From assembly GCF_009914755.1 (NCBI RefSeq), contig NC_060930.1: DNA of 64,000 bases. One strand, 5' to 3'. The notes under the pieces are model-generated. The model ran no database searches and was not told the DNA's origin. It saw only the letters and a program-made list of their open reading frames with translations. Below, piece by piece: positions 41,270-55,563 of the stretch. The stretch is from the human T2T-CHM13v2.0 reference genome, Homo sapiens. Position 1 is the stretch's first letter; each line of letters starts with the position of its first letter. The translations under genes and the position numbers were made by a program.

Positions 41270-41480
41270 CAGGGCGCGAGGTCCTGGGCCTTGGAGCCCA
41301 GGTGGCCTGGGCGGTGCGGCTCCTCGCGCTGCTGCCTCAGGCTCTCACCTCCCTCTAGCGGCCGCCAAGGACATCACACACGCCGAGCGGAAGCCCTGCT
41401 GGGCGGTGCTGCCGGCTCCAACCCCGGAAAGGCCACGTCCGAGAGAGCTCACCTACTTTCTCCTGGAGGGGCTGCGGTGG
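41270..41480. promoter_or_regulatory. Small CpG-rich patch with CTCF-like motif
   Basis: Strongest non-repeat CpG cluster in the window (gcgcga, gcggtgcggc, tcgcgc, gcggccgc, cgccgagcgg); minus-strand GGCCGCTAGAGGGAG at ~41349-41363. Confidence 0.5.
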
Positions 41481-43013
41481 GGGCCTGCACAAGAAAGTGG
41501 CCTTACTCCCAATAGCGGAAATGGAGTTTCCCTTGTTTCACTTAAAAATACAATGGAAAAAAATGCCTCTGTACAACAGCCTAAGCTGACAGTTGATGTC
41601 TAACCCTGGGCTGTACTCACCACTAAACACTGATAGATGTTGTCATTTTCATGCTAAAGAAACCCCACTCACCCCAAATAATTTGTCAAAGAGTACTCAT
41701 GTAGACAGCAAGTTTTGGAAGGTGGAGATGCTTATCTGTCTTCTGTGATGTGCCTGTGCCTGATAGCTAGTAAATAAGTTTAAATGAATTGACATTGAAA
41801 TACACTACAGGCTTGGAATTAAAAACAAAGAAGAAACCTATTCCTACCCTCAGAGAATGACCACTTCATCGCAGAGGAGATGATGGCTGAAGTGCTTATG
41901 CTCAGCAACGACTGTGGAATTGGGTCTTGGAATTTTAGTTCCTCTGTTAAACTTAGGAAATGGATGGCTGGAGGTCTGCGCCAGCCGATGAGGGATTGAT
42001 ACACCTGAGATTGCTTTACAAAACACTGCTTTTAGTGTTTAATGACACAGGATAGTGTCTACAGCAGTGGCATGGAGCCAGAACATGGGTTCTAGAATCC
42101 AGAGATGACTCGCAGGTTCCATCTGAGTTCCTTAAAGGACAGTTTCTGCAACGTAGGTGTTCCATGATTGCTTGTTGAATGAATGAATAGGAGTATCTAT
42201 CACAACCATGTCCACACTCATTGGCTTTAGTGGAGTCAAGGCAAGGTAGAGATATTAATGACAGAATTCTGGTGATAGGGGCCCCTACCACCAATGGCAG
42301 TATTAAGGGGTGATTAGGGAGAAGGGTAGCTTTTAGTCTCTTTCAAGCCACGCAAACAAAGATCACAGAATCTAAGCAAAAGCAAATGTCTTGCTTTACA
42401 GTTTCAAGACAAAGCCCCTGGAAGTTGCCCCCTTTTAAATAGATTGTCCCTTAGCCTTGCTACGCAAATACACTGGATCCTGTAACCATGTTAGCCCTTA
42501 TCTGTAATTTCACAAAGTCGGGTGGCAGGTATTTGCTCAGGAAATTGAGACATTAGGTACTCACACTTTTAAAAATAACACATAAGGAAGGCAATAATAA
42601 TTACATAAGATAATATGTTCCAGGCTCTATATCTTGTTATCTAATTTAATCTTCACTGTAACCCTGTAATGTTATTATTATTGCCCACATTTTTGCAGAT
42701 GTGGAAATGTCAGCTTAAAGAAGTGAAGTAACTAGGCGAAGGTCATAGAGACAGCCAATATGCAAATGCACATCTGCCTTATTCAACTCTTTCCAACATA
42801 CAGCGCTGGTACTTGAGTATATGAGGAGGCCTGTTTGTATACCTCCAAGCAGAATCAAATAGGAAATGTTTGCTAGAAATAAAAAGGAAGCATCAAAGGA
42901 AAATATGGAAGGGTCAACCAAAGGGTGAATGGGCTTTGTCCTTTCTTCGCTGGAGGTCTGAGCTCAGAAGCCTGGGTCTCAATAGCTCATTCCTTTAGAA
43001 ATGAGGTTCTTTA

Positions 43014-43235
43014 CACTTGGACTCAGGGAGGGGAACATCACACACCAGGGCCTGTCAGGGGGTTGGGGGGTAGGGAAGGAATAGCATTAGGAAAAATACC
43101 TAATGTAGATGATGGGTTGGTGGACACAGCAAATCACCATGGCATGTGTATACCTATGTAACAAACCTGCACGTTCTGCACATGTATCGCAGAACCTAAA
43201 GTATAATGTTTTTAAATTAAAAATATATATAAAAA
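43014..43235 (+). mobile_element. Short L1PA (about L1PA7/8) 3'UTR insertion
   Basis: 3'UTR atagcattaggaaaaatacctaatgtagatgatggg; TSD agaaatgaggttcttta (42997-43013) / agaaataacgttcttta (43236-43252). Confidence 0.93.
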
Positions 43236-43269
43236 AGAAATAACGTTCTTTAGATAACAAAGGAAAGGG

Positions 43270-43390
43270 CAGTGATTCCAAAATCTTTCTCAGCTTTTAA
43301 AATGCACACACTTTCAGGCCTTAGCTCCTGGGTATTCTGATCTAGTAGTACTGGGATGGGGCCCTGGAATCTGAATTTTTAGCAAACATG
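43270..43390. mobile_element. MER5A-like hAT-Charlie fragment
   Basis: attctgatctagtag...ctgggatggggccctggaatctgaatttttagcaa. Confidence 0.7.
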
Positions 43391-45179
43391 GCAAATTTGA
43401 AACCCAGGAGATGTGATGTTATCTGATGTTAATTCCTCCTCCAATCAACCACTTAGGCTAAATTCTTAAGGTAATTTTCTAACAAGTATTTGTATTATTA
43501 TTTGTATAAGATTATGTTAGGAAAGGAACATAAGGCACTCATTGAATGAACTGGTGTATTTCTAGAGAGCAATATGTCAGAATTCTGATGGTGTTTTCTA
43601 TGCCATTTCACTGGCATTTGGCAGCTTATAACATAGCCCCAGTGGAGATGTAAACTCCTTAAATCTGGTAATTCCACTTTATATTGGATTATAAAAGGTT
43701 ATGTGGGGTAAGAACCTCAGACCGTACAAAGAACAGTTAATCTCATGAAAAGAAAAATTTTGGAACCAAAATGTAATAGTGGTTGTTTTAACTCTATGTT
43801 CTTTCAGTCATTTAGATCCTCTACTCATTCTCTGAACAAGCATTTTTTAAGTGCTTACCATGTTTCATGCTATGCTAGGACCTATGAAGAAGGGGGAATA
43901 AGAGCTGCTTGGTTTCATTAACTTTAGTGTGATACACCTTCTGAATCCTGTGAATAAAGAGTCTGGGTAAACTAAGGTCAATACATAAAAATAAAACAGA
44001 TTACAGATGTTCCCACAGTGAAAATGATCACTGTGCACACTGGTGTTTACTTTAATGGACACGTGAATGGGAATGGTGTCAGCACCACACTCTGAGTATC
44101 ATCAACTGACTCATGAGAAATCCAGAACACTGAAAGGAGGTAGAGAGGCTGTGTTACCTCTTCAACTTTGAGCCCCATCTTGCTGAATCAGAGAGTCAAC
44201 TGAATAGGATTAATATTAAGACCAAACAAGGACGGTTTCAAGTTGTTTGACTAGATATTTCCTCCTTTCTCTCTTATCATATGTTGTTTTTCCTAATTAT
44301 TTAACTCTTAGGCCTTCCAATTCTATCCCTCCTTGTTGATTTATACCATCCATACTCTTTTGGGTAATTAAGATTTCCTTCTTTAGTCATCACCCCAGCA
44401 TATAAATTTCATTATCTTTAACTTATCTTACTTATCTCAGTGTAAGAAACTCATCTAAATACACCTATCCACTTCCTTTTGCAGACACGATCATAACATT
44501 TGTAATTTTTCTCGGTTGTAGCTGAATAAGTTACTTAGAAGATGATTTTACATGTTCTTTTTATTTCTTTACTTATCCTCTGTCTACATTTCTGACATGT
44601 GCACATGCTCCAATATCTAAGGTTAAATCTTCACTGGTTGGGCAGGTGAGTAGTTGATATACGACTAACAGGCAATTCTCCTTCAGGAAACTCAAGATTG
44701 TGTAAGTATGCCTGATTCATCCCTGCTGCTGCAACTGAAACATGTAATAAAAGAGCAACAACAAAGAGAGGCGATGATGACAGCTTAGCTGCAGCATCTT
44801 GTTCTCTAGCTCAATAAGCCAACAGGGAAACTATGACCCTGGTGAAACAAGTAGCTCTCAGAATCATTCCAGTCATTCCAAAGAGTGATGTGATTTTTCT
44901 TCACATGTTCACAATGAAGATACTATGTTGTTTAATTGATGCTCTTTTTCAAAGTGTGTTCTCTTGTTTCTATATACCTCCCTTATAGGGCTCCATACTG
45001 TCATTCAACTTAATTTCTGTTCAACAGAGGTTTCTTAAACACCTCCTACATGCTAAGCACTGTGCTAGGAGCTATAAATATCATGAGGTGGATACAGACA
45101 TGGCTGTCTCCTGGTACATTCTTTTTCTATCATTCAATCACATTCACCTATTTTTAAATATGTTGATAATGAGTCAGGA

Positions 45180-45400
45180 TATAAGAATATAAGGCTAAAA
45201 GCACGGGCTCTGATCAGAGAGACTTGGTGATGAGCCTTAAGCTTATCACTATTATGGTGGTCATAGGCTTACTTGCATGTACTACTGAGCCTTTACTTTC
45301 CCATTTGTGAAATAGAGGTCACATTAGTACCTACTCCCCAAAATAGTTTTGAGGATTAAGTGAGATAAGTGCTCCAGTGTCTTGAATTTAGCAGTGTTAA
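45180..45400 (+). mobile_element. MIR SINE
   Basis: gcacgggctctg...ctgagcct...tttcccatttgtgaaatag...tgaggattaagtgagataa. Confidence 0.75.
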
Positions 45401-46249
45401 AAAAGTAGAAGTTCTTATTAATTAATAATATGATTTTCCTGAGAATGTAAACACAGACTCACTAGTTCTCTGCCAGAAGGTGAGGCACCTCCTTGAGCCT
45501 CCTAAGAAAAGCTTTTGACAAAGGTTGAAACTGATGTGTAATTGAATTCATAACAAGCTTGTTGAATGGTCAACCAGGAAATATTAAGGTGAAGATTTCT
45601 CATGTCAAGTGAAATTAAGAGAATATGAACTAGTGCTGTGACCCCCAAGCTCCCTTTCTTTAAAAGACATTTTCTCTGATTTATTCTGAATAAAACAAGT
45701 CTGAGAGAGGCTGTGAAGTAATGGTTCTGTGGTAATTAGGTCATCTTCAGAAAGTGCTATATAAAATATTATGCATTATATATTCACAATGCACTTCATT
45801 AGCATGTTAAAAATTCAGAGAATACTAGCAGAAAAGAAGCCGGTTTTAATTTCTTATCATTTCCCAAATTCATTTGTCTGTAGGATTCTTTGTTTGTTGA
45901 ATAGCATCAAGTAGCATCTCAAGGAACACCCTTTGGGAAATGCTGCTGAGAGAAGCTAAGAACTTGCTTCACGATCGTCAAGCACTGAAAAGGATTCATA
46001 CTTGGGAAACTGGCAAACTGTTTTTCTGACCCTGACCCTTGCCAGTAGTATAATCATGGGCAAGTCACTTGATTTCTTCACATGTAAAACAAAATGATAA
46101 TATATCCTCCATGGACAGCCATAGAGAGAAGATTCATTACAAAATGCATTTACGGTAGGAACAGAAGTTGACAATAAAAGTTAATATTGTCACAATGTGC
46201 ATTCTAATTTACACGAAACTCATTGCAAGGAAGCAGTTCTTAAAAGTAG

Positions 46250-47010
46250 TCTTGATACTGGAAGACTGGGAAGAGTTTGGGTGTGCTCAGGACAGAGCTA
46301 TTGACTAAAGTGTGAGGTATGTGTAGAGAAAGATGAGGAATCAAGGCTGGGAAGACGAGAAAAGGAGGAAGATAATTTGGTGCTGGGGTGCTGAGGACAC
46401 TAATAGAAATGGTGAAAAACAAATGTGAGTAGGGGTGGCTGAGGGTTAAAGCCAGACTCTTTTCTGACATGCTAGTTTGAAGAGCAAACAAACCATCCAG
46501 TTGGCAATTTCATTTATCTAGATCTTAGGAAAGAGTTCAGAGCTTGTGAAACAGGAAACATTAGCATATTATTGTGAAATTTTTGAGAGAAGAATCATTT
46601 CTTATTCAGCTCCGTATCTTCTGTGTTCAACCTGGTGTCTGGTGCGTAGTAGAAGGTCTTAAAAGTTTGACAAATGAATTAATCAATGAACAAATTAATT
46701 AACTGCAAGTCTAACAAATCAAAGTAGATTCCAAGCCATATAACCGAAGTGGAATAAAACACCAGTTAAATGAATGAAATGATAGCTGAACCCCTGGAAT
46801 TGGGAAGATCCACAATTAAAGGTGCATGGAGAAAAAGAAGAGGACCAAGGACAAAACAAAGAGGTACAACTTATTTGATGGCTGGCAGGAGCTAGAGAAA
46901 ACAGAGTCAGAGACTGAAGAAGAAATGAGTGTTTTGCAAAAGGATCGGAAAGAAAGGAGAAGTTGGGTGTCAATGATATAAAATGATTCTGGGAGATCAA
47001 GTGGAATGAG
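46250..47010. mobile_element. Cluster of L2 fragments
   Basis: cctggtgtctggtgcgtagtagaagg...aaatgaattaat tail plus purine-rich L2 body-like stretches. Confidence 0.5.
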
Positions 47011-47249
47011 ACTTATCTTCCGTAAATATCACTTCTTTTAGCTATGCTTTAAGAAGAGCAGCATGACTACAGGGTCCAAAGCCCTCATGCCCGAGATGTG
47101 GATGATACAGCCTGTGTAGAAGGAAGACCTCCCACCCGTACCCCACACATACACACATTGTTGGAATTTAAACTTAAAATAAGCTCCATAATAGGAGGAA
47201 ACCAGAGATCTAACTTGGTTCTTCTCATTTTGACATAGAATGGTTCTTT

Positions 47250-47540
47250 TTAAGCTTTTAATCATGGAAAATTTTAAACATAGGCAAAGGTAGGGAGAGA
47301 AGGGTAATGAACTCCAGTGTAGTCATCACCCAAGTTGGACCATTATCAATTCATTGTCAATTTTGTTTTGTGTGTACCTCCACCCACTTTCCCACACACA
47401 CACTGGATATTGCAAAGCAACCACCAGATACTGTGTCATTTTACTCATACATATTTTTGTGTTTCTAAAAGTTTAAGGATCAGTCTAAAATTGCAATCAC
47501 AATAACATTATTGTACACCAAAAAAGTCAAGTTATTTTTT
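47250..47540 (-). mobile_element. Ancient L1M 3' end fragment
   Basis: tttaatcatggaaaattttaaacat...aatgaactcc...catcaccca typical of antisense old L1 tails. Confidence 0.6.
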
Positions 47541-49387
47541 AATGTCACAAATAACCAGTATTCCAACGCCACAAGTTATCTTGTTCAAGGTCTTTTGCCA
47601 TATATATATATATATATATATAATTTGTAATACAACAACTAGCACCAGAAACCAAAATGTCTTTTCCCCAGTAAAAGGAGTGGTGGTGTCATTTAAATTT
47701 CCTTGTAGATTAGTCTTTTCTCTGCAAGCATTTCTGCACATATTGGTCACACAAATAAATGATTCATTTGCAGTTTTGATAGCTTTGATAGTTAAATACC
47801 TTTGAGGATACTACTTATACTAATAAAAACATTCTTATGGTGCACAATGGAAGCCTTATTAATAGGTGAGGAGGAGAGCCTTTTGGGTGTGGACAACTCT
47901 ATTGCCAGCACAATCTAGAGTCAGGTCAAGGGGAAAGGATACAGAGTCAGGTCAAGAGGAAAGAATACAGAGGAGAGAAGAAAAAAGAAGAAAAAAAATC
48001 TTTGTTTTAGAAACTCATAGCCAGAAAAGGAAATCTGAAACAATGCTTTTTAATTCATACTTCCCTGGAAGAAAAGAAGACACTAAAATAACAGAGGAGC
48101 TAGCCTAGAGAGAGCACACAGGATAGGCATGCTATCTAAATTAACTCATTTAATCCTCACAAAAATGATCTAATGTCAGTACTATCATTTTGGAAATTTA
48201 GAAGCAGAGACAAATGGAGGTTAAAAATCCCCATCTCCAAAGGAGCATAACAGTATTTTTGCTACCTGGAAAGAAAGGCAATGGTTTTCCTATATATGTC
48301 AGGGAGTAACTGGGCTTCTTTTCCTTTGGATAGCAAAGAGCACTTAGACATCAGACACCTCCAGGATGGGCCCCTTTTGAGAGTAAGCTCTGAGGCACCA
48401 TGCAGATCTCGGGGTCCAAAGCAGAGCACACAATCATCTGGAAAGACCTGGTGCTCATTGAGGAAGGAGGGAAAATGATATCACATCCCCGCCTTAGACA
48501 TGGAAGAGTTGTGAAATGAGGGTAAAGGGACCATCCAGAAAAGAAGATAAGGAAGAAGCTAGGACACAGCCAGCCAATTCTGCCCACATGCCAGTGAAGT
48601 GGAGAAACTGATGCTGTTTATGCTTGTTGAGAGTTCCCATGGTTTTGCAGGAACCAACCCAATGTTTTCTGTGCTTTTTCACCTACTTCCTTTTAGTCTA
48701 TAAGAAAACCTACTACAAAAAACTCCTGCAGGAAGAAAAGAGTTTGTGTGTTTGCATTGGAAACAGCAGGCTGGAAAAAAACTTGAGGAATTCCAAAGGA
48801 CCCTAGGAAAAGGCATCCGAAAGGAAGCAACTTGTTGGTAGCTGGTAAAGGGGAGGTAAGGAGGCCTAAGAATGAAAGGAATAAATTATAAACCTGTTTT
48901 AAGAGTGAGAGTAGCTTAAGGCTTTAAGATTTATCTCCGGGGGGGAACTTGTTGCTTGACAGTAAGCAATTTCAGCATAATTAAAAGAAATCCTTTTTAG
49001 AGTTTATATTCCAGTCATACTAGGCGCAAGGCAAATTGTTAAATATGCTTCTACCCCTCATTTCAAACTTAGACATCCCCTTACCTTTCCACTGTAATAG
49101 ACTTTCCAGGACTGTTTCAAAATTGAGGTACACACATATACACATGCATGTGCACACATGTATACACTAACATATTTGGACTATGCTATTTCAAACTCGT
49201 GGGAATGCCAGGTCACCAATTGTTTCTATTAGAATGGCCCTTGGTAATAAATGAATGACCCTGGTTCTCAGCCCAGTGTTAAATCTTAGTAAAAGATAAT
49301 GAATAAGGACACAGTTTCCCCTAAGACCTTTATGCTTTTTGCATGATACTTGAACATTCTCATGCTCACATGTATAAAATCAATTTA

Positions 49388-49543
49388 TTATTTAGCTAAC
49401 TTTTGGTGGCAAGTGACAGAAAAGTTTGAAGTTAGGAAAGGGAATCATTGTATTACATAACTGGTATGGCCAGAGTGCAGTTGACTTCAGTCACAGTTTG
49501 ATCCAAGACAATGTTAGCAAGATATTTTCTCTCTATTGCCATC
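49388..49543 (-). mobile_element. MLT1K-like LTR, left part (continues at 59318)
   Basis: ttttggtggcaagtgacagaaa...gacttcagtcacagtttgatccaag. Confidence 0.65.
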
Positions 49544-49620
49544 TGACATGGTTTGAATGCTCCCTCCACATCTCATGTTGAAATTTAGTTGTCATTGTGA
49601 TGGTATTAAGAGATGGGGCT
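49544..49620 (+). mobile_element. MST-type MaLR LTR, 5' part (continues at 58986)
   Basis: tgacatggtttgaatg...ctcatgttgaaatt...gtattaagagatgggg; preceded by TSD ccatc. Confidence 0.85.
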
Positions 49621-51152
49621 GGGAGGCAGAGTAAGATGGTAGAATAGAAACCTGCAACATATGTACCCCCTGCAGGTATGCCAAATTTTCACAACTGTCT
49701 ACACACAGAAAAGCACCATCACAAGAACCAAAAATCAGGTGAGCAATCACAGTACCTGGTTTTAACTTCATGTTGTTGACAGAGGCATTGAAAAGGGTTG
49801 AAGAGACAGCCTTGAGTTGCCGACATCATTCCTCCTCCAGCCCTGGCAGTGGCCGTGTAGCACAGAGTCTATGCACTTCGGAGAGAGAGAGAGTGCAGTG
49901 ACTGGCGTACTTTACCCTGAACTCAGTGCTGACCTGTCATAGCAGAAAGCAAAGCCATGCTAGGTTCAGCCACTGACTGCACATGGAAGGTGCATTTGGA
50001 GCAGACCTAGTCAGAGGGGAATCACACATTCCATATGTCAGAACTCAAATTTCTTGGCAAGCCTCACCACAGCAGGCCAGAGGGTTCTGGGGCTCTAGGT
50101 AAACTTGAAAGACAGTCTAGGACACAGGGACTGCAATTCCTAGGCAACTCCTAGTGCTGGGCTGGGCTTAGAGCCAGAGGACTGGGGTGGCATGTGACCT
50201 AGAGAGACACCAGCTGGAGTAGCTAAGGGAATGCTTGCGCCAGTCCTCCCTCAACCTGAGGCAAAACAGCTCACAGCAACAAATGTGTCTCCTTCCTTCT
50301 GCTTAAGGTGAGGAGAGCGAAGAGTAAAGAGAACTTTGCCTTGCATCTTGGATACCAGCTCAGACTCAGTAAGATAAGGCATCTGAAACATGCTAACTAC
50401 AAGTGTAACCTAGCACAGCCCCAGTTGTGGTGGCTACAGTGTAAAACTCCTTCTGTTTGAGAAAAGCAGAGGCAAAAATAAAGAGAACTTTGTCATGCAC
50501 TTTAGGTGCCAGCTCAGCCACAATGGGATAGAGCAACTAGAAGACTCTTGAGATCCCCGAGTTCAGGCCTAGGCTCCTGGACAGCATTTCTGGACCTGCC
50601 CTGGACCAGAGGGGAACCCACTTCCCTGAAAGCTGAGTCTCAGGCCTGGCAGCATTCACCACAAGCTAACTGAAGAGCCCTTAGGCTTTAAGTGAACATC
50701 AGTAGTAGCCTGTCAGACCACTCCCCACCCCCATGGGCCAGTAGGATGGTGCCAACAAGGAGAGGCTCCTCTGCCTATGGAAAGGGGAAGAAAAAATGGG
50801 AAGAACTTTATATTGTGGTTTGAGTGCCAGCTTAGCCATAGTAGAATAGAACATCAGGCAAATTTCTAAGGTTTTTAACTGCAATCCCTGGCCACTAGAG
50901 AGCATCTCTGGATCTGCTTTGGGCCTAGAGGACCTCACCACCCTGAAGAGCCAGCCTGGCTGGCCTTGCCATGTGCTGATTTTAGAGCCCTAGGTCATTG
51001 AGTGAACAAAGATGGTAGCCAGGGGGTGGTTACAGCAGGCCTTGGGCAAAATCTTGTGCTATGCTGGCTTCAGGTCTGACCCAATGCAGTCTCAGTGGTG
51101 TGGCCACAGGGATGCTTACATCACCACATCCCCAGTTCCAGGTAGCTCAGTG

Positions 51153-51183
<31 letters not shown>

Positions 51184-51187
51184 GCAC

Positions 51188-51220
<33 letters not shown>
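51153..51220 (+). repeat. (CA)n-(GA)n compound microsatellite in L1 5'UTR
   Basis: Read directly. Confidence 0.95.
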
Positions 51221-51222
<2 letters not shown>

Positions 51223-52541
51223 CCATATGAGAGAAAGTAAAGGAAAAAAACAAGAGTTTCTTCCTGGTAATCCAGAAAATTCCTCTGTGTCTTATTCAAG
51301 ACTGCCAAGGTGGTACCTCTATGAGTCTGCAAAAACCACAGCAAAATTGGGCTTAAGGCCAAAGTCCTTTCAAATACCTGGAAAGCCTTCTCAAGAAGGA
51401 CAGGCACAAACAAGCCTGAGAAGACTACAATAAATACTTAACTCTTCAGTGTCCAGATACTGAACAACTAAGTATCAACACCATCCAGGAAAACAGGACC
51501 TCACCAAATGAACTAAATAAAGCACCAGGGACCAATCCTGGAGAAGCAGAGGTATGTGACCTTTCAGACAGGGAATTCAAAATAGTTGTTTTGAGGAAAC
51601 TCAAAGAAATTCAAGATAACACAGAAAAGGAATTCAGAATACTATCAGATAAATTTAAAAATGATTGAAATAAATAAAAAGAATCAAATAGAAATTCTGG
51701 AGTTGAAAAATGCCACTGACATACTGAAGAATACATCAAAGTAACGTAACAGTATAATTGAGCAAGCAGAAGAGAGAATTAGTGAGCTTGAAGAAAGGCT
51801 ATTTGAAAATACACAGTCGGAGGAGACAAAAGAAAAAAGAATAAAAAACAATGAAGCATGCCTACAAGATCTAGAAAATAGACTCAAAGGGGCAAATCTA
51901 AGAGTTATTGGCCCTAAAGAGGAGGTTGAAAAAGAGACAGGGATGGAAACTTTATTCAAAGGAATAATATCAGAACTTCCCAAATCTAGAGAAAGATATT
52001 GACAATTAAGTACAAGAAAGTTATAGAACACCAAGCAGAGTTAACCCAAAAGAAGACTACCTCAAGGCACTACTAATCAAACTCCTGAAGGTCAATGATA
52101 ATGAAAGAATCCAAAAAGCAGCAAGAGAAAATGAAAACATAACATACAATGGAGCTCCCGTACCTCTGGCAGCAGACTTTTTAGTGGAAATCTAAAAAGA
52201 GCCAGGAGAGAGTGGCATGACATATTTAAAGTTCTGAATGAAAAAAAAAATCACCCTAGAACAGTATATCCAGTATGAATACCCTTCATGCATGAGGGAG
52301 AAATAAAGACCTTCCAAGACAAACAAAAGCTGAGGGATTTCATCAATATCAGACCTGCCCTACAAGTAATGCTAAAGGGAGTTCTTCAGTGTGAAAGAAA
52401 ATGATGTTAACAAGCAAGAAGAAATCATAAGAAGCTACAAAACTTACTGGTAATGATAAGCACACAGAAAAACACAATATTGTAACATTGTAACGCTGAT
52501 GTATAAAGTACTATTATCTTAAGTACAAAGATTACATGATA

Positions 52542-52880
<339 letters not shown>

Positions 52881-52954
52881 CTACAACTTTTTAAGGCATA
52901 GACAGTATAATAAGATATAAATAGAAACAACAAAAAGTTAAAAAGCAGAGGATT

Positions 52955-53091
52955 CCTGTAGTCCTAGCTACTCCGGAGGCTGAGGCAGGAGAATGGCGTG
53001 AATCCGGGAGGCGGAGCTTGCAGTAAGCCGAAATCATGCCACTGCCCTCCAGTCTGGGCGACAGAGTGAGACTCCGTCTCAAAAGAAAAAA
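52955..53091 (+). mobile_element. 5'-truncated AluY (right arm)
   Basis: Y diagnostics gaatggcgtgaa and gcggagcttgcag; TSD aaaaagcagaggat (52940-52953) / aaaaagcggaggat (53092-53105). Confidence 0.93.
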
Positions 53092-54143
53092 AAAAAGCGG
53101 AGGATAAAGTTAAAATGTAGAGTTTTTATTAGTTTTCCTTTTGTGTGTTTATTTACAGAATCAATGTTAAGTTGCCATCAATTTAAAATAATGGGTTATA
53201 AGATAGTATTTGCAATCTCCACAGTAACCTCAAATTGAACAACATACAATGAATACACTAAAAACAAAAAGTAAGAAATTAAATTATACCACCAGAGAAA
53301 ATCATCTGCACTAAAAGGAAGACAGGAAAGAAGGAAGGAAGGAAGAGAAGACCACAAAGCAACCAGAAAACCAATAATAAAATGGGAGGAGTAAGTCCCT
53401 ACTTTATGAATAATAACATTGAATATAAATGAACTAAACTCTCCAATCAAAAGACATAGAGTGGCTGAATGGATTTAAAAAAAAAAAACCATGATCTCTC
53501 GCCTGCTAGAAACACACTTCACCCATAAAGATACACATAGACTAAAAATAAAGGAATTAAAAAAGATCTCCATGCATAGAAACCAAAAAAAGAGCAGGAG
53601 TGGCTATATTTATATCAGACAAAATATATTTCAAGACCAAAACTGTAAGAAGAGACAAAGAAGGTTATTATATAATGATAAAGGGGTCATGCAGCAATAG
53701 GATATAACAATTGTAAACATAACATTTCATTCAGATGTTATGTAACATTTTTCTCCACAGCACATGGATCATTCTCAATGATAGACTATATGCTAGGTCA
53801 TAAAACAAGTCTTAAAACATTCAAAAAATTGAAATAATAGCAAGCATCTTTTCTGACCACAACGGAATAAAACTAAAAATCAGAAACAAGAGGAACTTTG
53901 GAAACTATAGAAAAACATGGAAATTAAACAATATACTCCTGAATAACCCATGAGTCAATGAAGAAATGAAGAAGGACATTGAAAAATTTTTGAAACAAAT
54001 AATAACAGAAACACAACATACCAAAACCTATGGGATATAGCAATGGAGTATTAAGAGGGAAATCTTTAGTTATAGGTGCTTACATCAAAAAAGAAAAACT
54101 TCAAAAAATAACCTAATAATATATCTTAAAGAAGTAGAAAAGC

Positions 54144-55563
54144 CATCACACTACCTGACTTCTAACTATATTACAGGGCTATGGTAACCAAAACAGCATG
54201 TCACTGGTACAAAAACAGACACGTAGACCAATAGAACAGAATAGAGTGCCCAGAAATGAAGTCATACACCTACAACCATCTGATCTTTGACAAAACTGAC
54301 AAAAATATGCAATGAGGAAAGGACTCCCTATTTAATAAATGATACTGGGATAACTGGCTAGCCACATACAGAAGGTTGAAACAGGAACCCTTCCTTAATT
54401 CATATAAAAAAATCAATTCTAGGTGGCTTAAGGACCTAAATGTAAAACCCAAAACTATAAAAACCCTGGGAGACAACCTAGGCAATACCATTCTGGACAT
54501 AGGAATGGGCAAAGATTTCATGATGAAGATGCCAAAAGCAATTGCAACAAAGGCAAACATTGACAAACAGGATCTATTCAAACTTAAGAGCTCTGCACAG
54601 CAAAAGAAACTATCAGCAGAATAAATGGACAACCTACAGAATGGGAGAAAATATTCACAAACTCTGCATGTGACAAAGGTCTAATATTCATCACCTGTAA
54701 GAAACATGAACAGATTTCCAAGAAATAACAAACAACCCCATTAAAAAGTGGGAAAAGGACATGAACAGACACTTTTCTAAAGATGACATACATGTGGCCA
54801 ACAAGCATATATTAAAAAGTGCAATATCGCCATTCATTAGAGATATGCAAATCAAAACCACAGTGAGATACCATCACACACTAGTCTGAATGGCTATTAC
54901 TAAAAAGTCAAAAAATAACAGATGCTGGTGAGATTGCAGAGAAAATGATGCTTATATACTGCTGGTGAGAGTCTAAATTAGTTCAGCCATTGTGGAAAGC
55001 AGTGTGGTGATTCCTCAGAGAGCTAAAAACAGAACTACTGTTTGACCCAGCAATCCCATTACTGTGTATATACCCAAAGGGATAAAACTTATTCTACCAT
55101 AAAGACACAAGCAGGTGTATGTTCATTGCAGCACTCTTCACAATAGCGAAGACATGGAATCAACCTAAATGCCCATCAATGATAGACTGGTTAAAGAAAA
55201 CGTGGTACACATACACCATGGAATACTATGCAGCCATAAAAAAGAGTGCAATCAAGCCCTTTGCAGAAACATGGGTGAACCTGGAGGCCATTCTTCTTAG
55301 CAAACTAATGCCTGAACAGAAAACCAGATACCACATGTTCTTACTTATAAGTGGGAACTAAATGATGAGAACGCATGAACCCAAAGAGAAACAACAGAAA
55401 CAGGGGCCTACCTGAGGGTGGGGAGTGGAAGATGGGAGAGAAGTATAAAAAAAAAAAACTATTGGGTACTAGGCTTAGTAATAGTGTGACAAAATAATCT
55501 GTACAACAAACCCCCATGACATGAGTTTACTTATATAACACCCACATATAAAAGTTAAAAAAA
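54144..55563 (+). mobile_element. 5'-truncated older L1PA (about L1PA15/16) nested in the L1MA
   Basis: ORF2 3' part and 3'UTR; perfect 16-bp TSD aaagaagtagaaaagc (54128-54143, 55564-55579). Confidence 0.93.
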
